A DNA stretch of 35,336 nucleotides from Azolla caroliniana (Eukaryota; Plantae; Polypodiophyta): positions 1 to 35,336 of the forward strand of contig JBHGNT010000317.1 of assembly GCA_043228905.1 (NCBI GenBank), given 5' to 3'. Below the pieces are notes generated by a model, which was not told the DNA's origin, did not search any database, and saw only the letters and a list, made by a program, of their open reading frames with translations. Below are positions 21,734 to 32,663 of this stretch, in pieces (position 1 is the first letter of the stretch; each line of letters begins with the position of its first letter). The translations under genes were made by a program, and so were the position numbers.

Positions 21734-24700
21734 GTAACATGTGTACATTGATGTGTAATTGTGGCTCCTGATTCATCTTAGGAGTTAAATCATCAATATG
21801 GATGGCATAAAGGCTTTTCAACCAACATAAAAAAAAATTACAATCTGAACAACAAACTACAACAGATCAAAATGATTAACTTTCTCGATCTTGTAACAAA
21901 GTATTCGTTATCGGTATCATGGGGTCTCCTAAAGACATTGTCCATGATTGTGTTCGCTGTTTAATCTTAGCAGTCGGTCATTGAACTAGATGGTGTAAAA
22001 ATGCCATTTGAAGTTAGTTTTGATTTCTTTAGGCTGACATTTCTCTTGATATCTAATAATTTGTCGTACAATACCCATGGAAAGCTAAGAAAGAGAGTTT
22101 CTTCTTCACCATTTCTACACAACCCATGACATTTCAGGAAATCTGGATGATACATCACATGATACCATGATGAAGCTATAGCATACTTTGCATTTGTTGT
22201 TGGAAATCGAGCTTCTTTGACCATATTATTGTACCAATTTTTTGCTTCTAATTGAATGGCAATCATTGCTTCACGAACTTTGTCTTCAACCTTTCGAGGA
22301 TCGCTATTCATTTTTGAATAGTTGCCGATAACAGGATACAACTCGGAGAAAAACCCAGAAACCATCTGAGCTTCAGTTTGAACTCCATACAAATCCATCA
22401 AAGACATGAGTTTGGTGTTGTAAAGCTTCTTATAATCAAAGGGATAACGTCAAGTAATGCTCAAAACCTTCTTGCATCAAATCCTGGTCATATGACCTCA
22501 ATACATCATTTATACTGATCTTTGAAGTATTTCCAAGAACAGTCAGTTTTGCTGCTCTGTAAAGCTTCCAAGAATCCCAGGATATAATCGTGGATGCAAG
22601 TATTTTGGCAATATTGCTGCAACACCAGTCTTCGGGAAATCCACGGAAATCGATGAAAGTAAAGCAAGTTCTTTGCATTGCCAAGCTCTAGCCTTTTCAG
22701 GCTCCTTATCAGCAAAAACCACATGTGCATTCGCTATCGTTCCGAGGTTATCATTTTGCATGTAGTCAACAAAGTATGTTTGGATTTCCTGCAAAACATC
22801 CAGAAGCAATGCAAGGTGAAACAATACTTTAAGCTTTCCCTATTGATTACATAGTAAAATCGACTCTTCGAACACAAATAGATATCACTCATGTAATATG
22901 AAATATTACACTAACTATTTAATCAAACTTGCTTTGATGAAATAAAAATCTAATAAAGCAGGAAGCAAGAAATTGGGCTTGCCAAAGGGAAGGATAGAAA
23001 TTTCCCATCAAGATCTGTCTGACAAGAATAAGACAAACATAGAGAGAGACTCAGGTTTTCCAAGCTATCTATCTATGCAAATATCCCAGGACTGACATGA
23101 GTTTTTCACCAAATACCTCAAGTGTAGGAGAATGATCCAATAAAATAGGATTGGGTGGATGATAATCCATGGGAGCCTCTGTAACTGCTGGGATCAACCT
23201 CTTGTCCCATGTGACAAAGTAAAGGTCACCGTCCAGATCACTACCAGAACATTCATTGGGGTGTGGCCTGCACAGAGAAATCCAAAAGTGAGCTTAAAAT
23301 CTCAACAAAACATGATTCCTTTGCCAGCATATTCACAAACACTTGCCCTTGGTTTCTTTAACGTCAAACAAATGAAGTGTTTCCCTTGTAGGTATTACCC
23401 ACCCCTACCCTAACAAACTTCTTAGATGCTGAAAGACAAATGTTTAAATGTGGAATACACACCACCAGTTACCATTCTGGGGGAAAACAATACAATCAAC
23501 CATATGTTGAAGGTTTGGTGAATCTACAGCAACCAAAACACAAACATCTCCCGGATGGAGGCACGGATTCTTTGCAACAACTACGTTTCCCTGGATAACT
23601 GAAAGGCTGCCATCAGATGCAGATACTTGAATAAATACTTCTCCATAAGCTAAATCTGCAGTCTCATCCAAACAGCCCATCAGTACTCTCCCCTTGGGGA
23701 TCAAAATTCTTGATCTCTTACAAATCTGATAAACCTGAGCTGCTTTGAAGGCTTGCAACATGCTTGAAAGGAAAGGCTCGCGATTGCGAGCATATCCAGC
23801 AACCAACATCTCCACCACAACCTTATGACATTCCCCCGCATAAGAAGCCTGAATAGCCTCAACAGCTGAAAACCTTTCATTCAGCAATCCATTCAATAAT
23901 GTAATTCTTTCCTCTTGTATTATTTCAAAAACCTGGTCCTCTATACCAAGTGTAGACAAGAGGGTTATTATTTGGCGATTTAAGTAGCATGGAAGAAAAC
24001 GACTCCATTCGAGTATATCAAGTGACACTAAATCCGAAGAGAATTTCTTCATGCTTCTCCTCAAAGACAGCTTGCAAGTAGAGGTTGGATGAATTGCTAC
24101 AACACCTTTGTAACCTGCATATCGAATTTGGAAAGCTGATGGCGCTTTTCCAGTGACCGAGTATCCACACTTTGATGCTACTTCGATAGCAAATATTGGA
24201 GCTATCCACCCTATGCCATCTGAAAATCAATACTTCACAACTCCAACCTCTCTTTCAATATCTGGAATCTCTTCAATTTCATATGCATACGTATCCGAAC
24301 CTTTCTTTGATGCACTGAAGCACTGGCCCATCCTAGCAGCACAATTTGCAACATTTTTTATGGTTGTAATGTTGCCCATCCATGCACGGATCGTATCAGC
24401 TGTGGTGTTTTGGTTCGATGCAAACATCCAAACGGAATGTTCTCTGAGCTGGCTGGCAGAGAAAGCTAGGAATTCGAATTTTCTCCCGCCCAGTTCAATC
24501 CCCTCCTTTAAAATTCTAAGAACCCTAGAATAGATTTCTGTGTGTTCTGATTTTATGATTGTTTTTGAGGATTCATCTGCGACTAGCAATGCTTTTGAGT
24601 GAAGTAAATCCATATCTTCATCTGTGAAATGAACCCGAAGGAAATTCTCCACATTTTCCGCATTATTCCGCACTACACGGTTTGACATCTCTACCTCTGG

Positions 24701-26324
24701 TCCCAATAAATAAATTTTTGTAGGTGTTATAGTAAGATGGTGCATTAGCATCAAACCTTCAGCTACACTGTTTGTAAAGATATTTTCTGAAAACTGATCT
24801 TGTTGTAGCAACTTGATTTCACGTTGAAACCATCCCACAAAATCGTAACAACGCTCTTTTGTAACTAAAAGCTTCTCAAGTGCCATTTGTGTATTTCGAA
24901 GCATTTTGAGATCAACATGGTCAAGAGTTGGACCACTGAGAATACCACATTGCACAAGCTTATAGATTTTGAAAATAACATTAAATGGAAGCTCATTCAA
25001 ATTAGTGCAGCTAAGGACAGGTACAAGGCCTTGTGCCGTCGAGTATATAGTATGAAATTGTAAAGAAATATTATCTATCACCTGGAAAGCTTGGATGACT
25101 GCTAGATGCTTGGTAAATTCAAAATAACCATGTTTATCTGCTGCTGAGATCTCTATATAATAAGCAGATGACTTCTCAATACTTTCATTTTCCGTGAAGT
25201 CTGTACATCGACACCAAGGATACCGATGATCTTCCTGATTCTCTCGAAAGAACGAATATCGATCAAACTGTTTCTCCCTCTTTCTTTTGTTGCTACCGAA
25301 TTTCTGCTTGATCTTTGGAGCATGTTTCATCTGTAACAAATTATTTAGAAGTAACAAATTATCAGCAATAATCCTCCATGACTTGAGGCAAGTAAATACA
25401 ATTTACTTCTTACCTTTAATGAACCAAAATTCATATCAAATTAAAGATTTTTAATTGATGCAAAGATATGGAAAATATCATTTTTCATTTATAAATCAAA
25501 TACATTCTGCATAAGGAACACGTTTGTTACATACATGTGGAAACAATCTTTACTTAAACTGAAATATGAATCTCAGAAAATGTATCAAATTGAAATATAT
25601 ACATAAATTCAATCTCTGAAAAAAAGGTTGTATGAGTAATATTGACTTCTTGCTTAATCTCTCTTGACAAACACAAACAGTAGTATTAATTGCCCTCTTT
25701 TAAATAGGAAACTAAGGTAAACACTAAAAATATCACAAGTTCCTAGTGTTTCTTTGACAAACCCATAAATCTTGACTCAAATCATAAAGACCAATTGAGC
25801 TACATCATTGGTGCTTAAAGTAGTGTAAGAGGAATCCTCAAAACATGGCGAAATATCCGTAGTGATCGAGATTTGAAAATGAATCTGGAATTAAAAATAT
25901 AAACCCACAGAATACAATGGAGAATATACATATATGAAAGCTGCCTTTATTAACCTAGGATTCCATTCATATTTTTTTACAATAAAATATATTGTAATGA
26001 GTTAACTAATTAGGTGCTAAGGTCTAGTTATCGAACCACTTAATTGGCTCTAAAGTGCCCCATTTCTCTATCATCTCCTTTATGGGGTGGTGTATTCACA
26101 TGCAATTTAACTATTTTACAACAGCCATTGTGCTTACCGACAAGTAAAATCAAGAAGAAATAAAATGCAAAATGTGTCACAATTTCTTATTATAAAAAAA
26201 TTCATGCAATAAATGTTTCATAATACTTCTTACTGAGGGTCACTTTGCGTTTTTCTTATAAGAAGGGGAAATTAAAGAAAATTAAAAAATACGCACAATT
26301 GTAACCATTACTTATTGTGTCCAA

Positions 26325-26855
26325 TAGCAATGGTTTCATCTCAAACCCAACCGAACCGTTAAAACGTGGTTTAACGGTTTCTTGGTTTCAAAAAAATTTA
26401 ATGGTTTGATTTGTTTTGGATTTTTAATAAACGGTTCGGTTTGGTTCTAAAACTCGGGTTTATTGGTTTATAGGTAGGTTTTGTTGGTTTTTGGTTAACT
26501 TTTTTTTCACCTTAATATTTTATTAATTTAATGGTTTTTTATTGATTTAATTGATTTAACTTAAATGCTTACTTAATTGAATGGTTTAATTAAAGTTCCT
26601 TTTATTGATGTAATAAATTTAACTTAAATGCTTATTTAATTTAATGTTTTTTGCTTATTTAGATTTTTAATTAGTTTGACTTAAATGGTTAGGTTTAAAT
26701 CTTTTATTAAACGGTTCAATTTGGTTTTAACTTTTTTAAATGGTTTGGTTTACCTTTTCTTAAACAGTTTGGTTTAAATGGCTTGAGAGTTTATAAACGG
26801 TTTGGTTTGGTTTTTGTTTATATAAATTGTTCGGTTCAAACCGTGCCCATTGCTA
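26325..26855. mobile_element. Older hAT-type MITE in intron 1 of the RDR pseudogene
   Basis: TIR TAGCAATGG/CCATTGCTA, degenerate 8-bp TSD GTGTCCAA/GTATCCAG, and many subterminal AACCG/CGGTT motifs. Confidence 0.8.
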
Positions 26856-26996
26856 GTATCCAGATTCATAAAAATTGGAAGATGTTAGCGTCATCATCTT
26901 TATCAAGTCACACAAGTACTCTGCCCATATAGTACGATGAATGAGTTCTCTTACACCAAAATTTCATTTTTATCATCTTCTAACAGTGTGAAATAC

Positions 26997-27000
<4 letters not shown>

Positions 27001-27048
<48 letters not shown>
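27001..27048. repeat. (GA)24 microsatellite
   Basis: Seen directly; a second tract, (GA)13, lies at 27507-27532. Confidence 0.97.
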
Positions 27049-27050
<2 letters not shown>

Positions 27051-27075
27051 TGACTTTGCAGAGTTCTCTCTCTTC

Positions 27076-27390
27076 CTAGTTGAGATTTCGTGACTTCTCT
27101 AGCACTGTCAATTGCCACAAAAGAAGTCCTTTTAACTTTAGAACATATTTTCTCACCCCCACTTGCGAATAAAAAATGAAGGCATTCCGTATATTCCAAT
27201 TGAACCATAGCCCCCAATACCTCAAGAACTCAAAAATAATTTGAGAATGAGGCATTGGTTCATTGTTCTCCATATATGCAAAAACCCAATTGAAGGAAGA
27301 TAGACGTACTCCAGTTAGAGACATCCACACTAAACTAATACACCTCCAAACCATCATATTCGCCATTTGAATTGGTGTGTAGGGTGGCAT
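27076..27390 (-). mobile_element. Possible L1-type LINE ORF2 3' fragment
   Basis: LWFNWNIRNAFIF resembles the W-x-I-W-x-x-R-N-x-x-I-F motif near the C-terminus of plant L1 ORF2. It lies between two (GA)n tracts. Confidence 0.5.
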
Positions 27391-27505
27391 TGAGTTTGGT
27401 GTCGTAGTTTTCTTTAGATCCCTAGATAGAAGGGGTTCTATAGTTTGTTGTTAGTTAGTCATGGTGGTGTTTTTTCTTTCGTAATGAAAGCCATTATTTA
27501 CGAAA

Positions 27506-27536
<31 letters not shown>

Positions 27537-28124
27537 ACCTGTAGCAATACAAATTTGTCCTTCAAGTTCTTCTCTTGATCAGTGCCAGAAATGTCCAAGC
27601 TTTTAAGCTTCCAAGTTAGTTTATATTTTGCACCACTATCAAGGATATCCACTATAAGAGCTAATTTTTCTTTTTTGCAATCTAGCTCTAGAGTAACCTC
27701 CCTCTTTGAAGACCATAACACAGACACTATGGTAGGGTTTGTAAGACATCCAACATACAAAAACTTGGAATGCTTATTTGTGGTCGTCTTACAATTGCTT
27801 TGGCCTCAAATTCAAGCTCTAGCATGCTTCCTTCAAATTTAAGTCGGCATTTTTTCGCTAGTTCTACGGCTTTCTTTGCATCTCCTTCTGTCTCAAAATG
27901 AACAAATCCATAACCTTTGGACTTCCAATTCATCTTTTCTGTGTGAATTTTGCATGTGAAAACTGTATTGTTGCCTATGGAAGCGTTCAAGAACTCTATG
28001 AGATCCTCTGCCATGGATGTATACGGTATTTTCGAGATGCGTACAGTGCAGGTACTTGTTGAGGGTAAAAATAAAGAAAAGGTTCATTTCTATCTCTCTC
28101 GAAGATCTCAAACATTATACCTCA

Positions 28125-28370
28125 TACGCATAACACATAGATACATCATACACACATAAATATCTTTCCTTGTAATACCTGCATGCATAGACATATACAT
28201 GCATAGATAGATATATACACATACAAACATACATACACAAATACACACGCATATATGTATATACACACATACACTCATTCATACATAAATTTACGCATGC
28301 TTCTTTTTGTAATACATATGTAAGAATGCACATACATTCATATGTACATACATACAAATATTCACATATT
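28125..28370. repeat. Degenerate (TACA/CATA)n low-complexity tract
   Basis: Seen directly; it explains the spurious YVCM-rich ORF. Confidence 0.85.
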
Positions 28371-29176
28371 ACTAGCTAAAGATGACAATGAACATGCAAA
28401 TTATGGATTTATTTTGTACAAGATTTAAACTATAGAAAACAGTTTATTAATAACATCTGCTAGATAATAAGCACCTAGCAGGAGCACATTATATAAACCA
28501 GTAAAGAGAATAACTTATCCCTTTTTTTATCAACCATTGATCCATTCCAGGAGACCATGCGATATTTATTATCAGTAATTTGAATGGTCTTATTGGTGTA
28601 GGAAAACCCATGATTCCTAACATAAACTATAAAAAGCATAATTATTGGGCATTAAATAGTACATATAAAGCTTGAGTTCATTGTTGGTTGGGGAAAATAG
28701 ACAACATATAGGAGAAAAGTAGGAGATTTCGGAAAAAGATTGGAGATTAAATACAATATCTTATCATTGCATCCAAATATTAAAGATGCGGCCCATTGAA
28801 TTTCACGCACACAATATTCCAACAACACTAAGCCAAGTTAAATACAGTAATTTATCAATATTACAAGAAACATAAAACAAAATTAATCACAATGTTTTAT
28901 CGCTTATGAAACCTTATTATGTTATAAGAGGGATTAGAAACACTTACCCACCACATACATGATTGCCATTTGAACATTCCATCGCAAGTGTCACTAGCCC
29001 TATAAGCTGTGATAATTATCACTTAAAGCCAAACAGGACAACCCATTTGAAAAATATTTAGCGACTCTATACAGAAAACTCTAAACCATCTTTAAAAAAC
29101 CATATTAGAGACATTATCATTGATTAGTTTTTTATGCACACATTAAAATATGCAATGGCCTTCTTCTTCTTAACAA

Positions 29177-29799
29177 TGTGATAGAGTGATGATAAAAAGA
29201 AAAGATAAAGAAGATATATAAATCTAAAACTACAAAGATCTATATTGATCATGAAAGAAAGAAGAGAGAAAGAAGATACAACTACAAATATCTATTGATA
29301 AGAATTCAAACAGCACTACATGAATTTGAAAGAAATCACCACAACAAAGACACTCCTCTCTACCACCTTACTCTTCTTGCTTTATATGAAGTTCTCCTCT
29401 ACTAGATAACCTTCCATTGCTTTCTTTTTCACGCTTTTTTTAGAGCTTTTCATCCTTTATACTTAGCTATGACACAACGATCTTCTAATCGTCATATCTC
29501 CCTCATCCGTGCTCCAAATATAGAGATTTAAAAAGCTACGGATAGCTCTCTTTATAAGCTTTCCAACCTATAGTTGAACATAATATTTGGCTTCTAAACG
29601 AATGAGTTATGAGCGTTCGTTTCAGACTATGTTTTGGTACCCCACTTTTTTCTTCTTTTATTTTTCTCCACGTGTCTTGCTTTTAGTTTGACTTATCCTC
29701 AAGACCTTCAGGTTCGTGTCCTTGACCTCCGGATGTGAATGCTCCAAACCATATATTCTTGTAGTGTTCAATACTTTGAATTCTAAAAACACTTTCACA
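29177..29799 (-). repeat. 3' LTR of the gypsy remnant (~623 bp)
   Basis: Ends TGTGATAGAGT...ACACTTTCACA (9/11 inverted match). On the minus strand, the PPT AAGAAGCAAGGGGGAGGG at ~29805-29822 lies just upstream. Confidence 0.7.
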
Positions 29800-30797
29800 T
29801 TTAGCCCTCCCCCTTGCTTCTTGGTGAACCATTTATGGTGAACCCTAAGCTACTAATAAAACCAAAGATTCTCCTTCGCCTTATTCATGGCTATAGACAA
29901 AGAAGGAGAGAATAAATAAAACAAATTATGTGAGTAAAACCCCCGCTAGTCGATAGGAAAAACCTCACACTCCTAGACACACACCCACACACACATTGAC
30001 AATTGTTATCACCATCTTTCTCCTTGTCAACACAAAGAAAGAGGTTACCACAAATACTATGTCTTTGTCAACTCTCCAAACACAAGTAGGGTCATGCAAT
30101 ACATAGCTCTTAAGAGAAGTAAGCATGTCAACATATGAATAAACCTTTTGAGCGAGCGAACCTTTTGCACAAACACCTTCAAAGCTTTGAGACTCGTTGG
30201 AGTAGTCACCTTTTGAATTACTTTGATCTTTGATTCCACGTGAATTCCTTCTTGGCACATGACATTCTCCACACTACCTTGTTTTGTATGTTTGACCATT
30301 TCATCTATAATTGCATCTCGAAAAGGAAGCAAAAAAATATCTCGTTTGGTTGAATCATTCAAGGGTTGGAAATTGATGTCTTTCTCCTTTGGAACCACAA
30401 CAATAGGTGAGACAAACTTCAAATCCTCCAACTTGATGTGGTGCTTGATGCCTTCTACTCTTATCTATGAATAACTTTGGAAATTTAAAAAGAAGAGAAA
30501 TAAACCTTAGATCCTCTTCTCCTTGGACATCGTTTGAAATCATCTTCTTTTTCCCCTTTAGGGTGAAAATACTTTTCTCTTCAATGACTTCTTCTTCTTC
30601 CTTAGACACCATGTGGAATGATTTGTTTTCCCTATCCCACGAAGATTCATCAATTGTTATGCTTTCCTCTTCTTGCTTGCCATTGTCGATAGATGATTCC
30701 TTCTCCTTTATACATTTGATTAGTTGTGGTGGATCCTTTGATGGTGATAAGTTCATGATACTCCAATCATGCATTACAAGTAATTCTCTTGGCTCTT
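29800..30797 (-). mobile_element. Heavily deleted Ty3/gypsy pol remnant
   Basis: FVSPIVVVPK, INFQPLNDSTKRDIFLLPF and KIKVIQKVTTPTSLKALKVF match the gypsy RT N-terminus and thumb/linker. The YxDD core is missing. Confidence 0.75.
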
Positions 30798-30818
30798 GAC
30801 CAAATTGTTGCAAGGCAA

Positions 30819-31439
30819 TCAAGGATGCAACCTAGGACCAAATTTTTGCAAGGCACCAAGGTATTCATGATGAAAGAACCTGATGCGCTCTATGCATGAC
30901 ATCTCCTGTCTATAGTCATTATCATTATTGTGGTCCCAGGCTAACAACTTTGCTTCTTCATGTGTAAGTCCAGCGTACACTTTACATTCTGCATATTTGA
31001 AGAACGGGGTAAGAGGATACTCCTTCACAAGTTGGCATCGGGCTTCAACAGAGTGGGATCCTCCAATCACATAGTATGCATAACCATCAACCAAATTGTA
31101 CTTGAAGTCTACTACAATTGGGCACTGATCTGGGTCTACCATTACTGAGAATGGCACTACAGTAGCATGTGAATTTATTTTCATTTTACTTTTCAAGTTC
31201 TGCACATGCATTGAATGCAGCTCTCTTATCTCTAGAGCCTCTCTTCCTGTTTCCGGATCAATTGGTGGCTGATGAATAGAACAAATCGGTAAGTGAAATA
31301 GTTGTCCCTTATGGACAAGCTTAGTGTTTACCATATTTTCTCGAATCCGATTTTGCTCTGAGGTGAGGATTCTCGATGCAATCTGGCCACATGGAGGAAT
31401 TACTTTGAGTTGTGTTTCTTCATCCTCATCTTCGACTGA
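30819..31439 (-). other. Open ~207-codon fragment with ParB/sulfiredoxin-like motifs, probably from a mobile element
   Basis: IREL..HVQNLKSKM..VVP..YYVIGGSHSVEAR..ECKVYAGLTHEEAKLLAWDHN follows the ParB N-terminal (ParB/Srx) pattern. It has no ATG start, and both ends are at junctions. Confidence 0.5.
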
Positions 31440-32663
31440 CAAGATCCATCTGACAAGAATAAGACAAACATAGAGAGAGACCTATGATGTCCCTAGTAAG
31501 CTCCACTTGATCACATAAGACTGCCAATATTTTGATTGATGGAAGCTAGATCATGAGTCTCAGAAATGTTATGCAAAATGTTAACTATGAATAAACATTT
31601 CCGATATGCCAAAGGAGGCATATGCATGAATGCAATACAACCCAATGATAATCTATTGTCATAGGTTACATGTCCCGTGATAAAGCAAAAATACATGAAG
31701 CTTGATAACATTGTTAAGCGAAGATAATGAAGCTCTAGTATATATACGGTAGCAATGGTGGGAGAAATGGCCAGCAAGGACATAGATGAGATATACCATG
31801 ATGCCCTGTGGCCAAACTGCCAACAAGATTATGCGAGAATCAAAATAGGTGTAAATTGGTGATTGAATCAAAATAGGTCAGGAATATGTTGAATCCTCAT
31901 AATTCAATAGCCAGGTCGCAATTTCTTATATTCAAGTTAAATGGGTGCTTTATTTTCTTGCCCATATAAGTAGATCAGTTTTCTCAAACAGTTTTTAACA
32001 TTATTTATGCCAATGACTGATCTATTAATGTCAAAGTTGGCCTTGCCATACATATCACGACTGCAATTCTGCACATAATCAATGAACATTATGGCACAGA
32101 TGGTGATTGAAAGCTGATCATATTCTCACAAGAATTCTGCATGCTAGGCTCATCAAACAAATCATACAATAGAACCTTGGATATCAATCAAATCATTATA
32201 ACAGATGAGCTTCTCATCTGTTAAATTAAATAGTACACATTTTGCAACATTTGAATGATAGAAGAACTCTTTCAAAAACCTCAAAATTTTAAATGGAAAT
32301 AAAAAACTGTGATTTATATGACTGAAGACATTTGAAAAGACTCTGAGTAAACATACTGGTGGTGTCCAGTAGTTCAATTTCAGAAGTAAAACAAGTGTTA
32401 TAAAATGCCAAATAATATATATCTCTAAAGCACATTACTCTTTGGCCTAATGCTTTCCAACAACAACAAAAGCTTGACTCAATCAATTATGAATGTTACA
32501 TGGTTTCATTTGCTATGGAAAGGATACAATAAGGATGTACAATATAGCACCATTAGAAAGGGCAAACGTAGTCAACACAGTTGACTTGGAAACCACACAA
32601 GTTCTAGACCTTCAACTCTCCATGTGTGCCTGTTCTGAAATAAGCTTCTTCCATTCTACACAT

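Larger units (their letters stand above)
21967..28074 (-). pseudogene. RDR2: RNA-dependent RNA polymerase, RDR2-like (RDR-alpha), pseudogenised; exons ~28074-27539, 25330-23466, 23267-23117, 22788-21967
   Basis: N-terminal RRM TVRISKIP..TVFTCKI..NWKSKGYGFVHF, then SNRVVR, FLAFSASQLR, AARMGQCFS, Y*FSDGIG, PSAFQIRYAGYKGV, AKNPCLHPGD and catalytic CSGSDLDGDLYFVTWD (DLDGD at 23225-23239), SVDFPKTG. Splice sites are GT-AG. Lesions: frameshifts ~27765, ~22570 and ~22440, TGA at 24227-24229, and a deletion at ~22580. RDR2 rather than RDR1 is inferred from recalled motifs. Confidence 0.88.

Noticed and set aside
24227-24229. Selenocysteine or readthrough TGA at a Cys position in the RDR
   Set aside because: Land plants lack selenoprotein machinery, and the gene has independent frameshifts and a deletion.
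21967-25357. Endogenous viral RdRP
   Set aside because: DLDGD cellular-type RDR with an RRM and spliceosomal introns, not a GDD viral polymerase.
28115-28357. 80-aa YVCM-rich ORF
   Set aside because: Translation of a degenerate TATG repeat.
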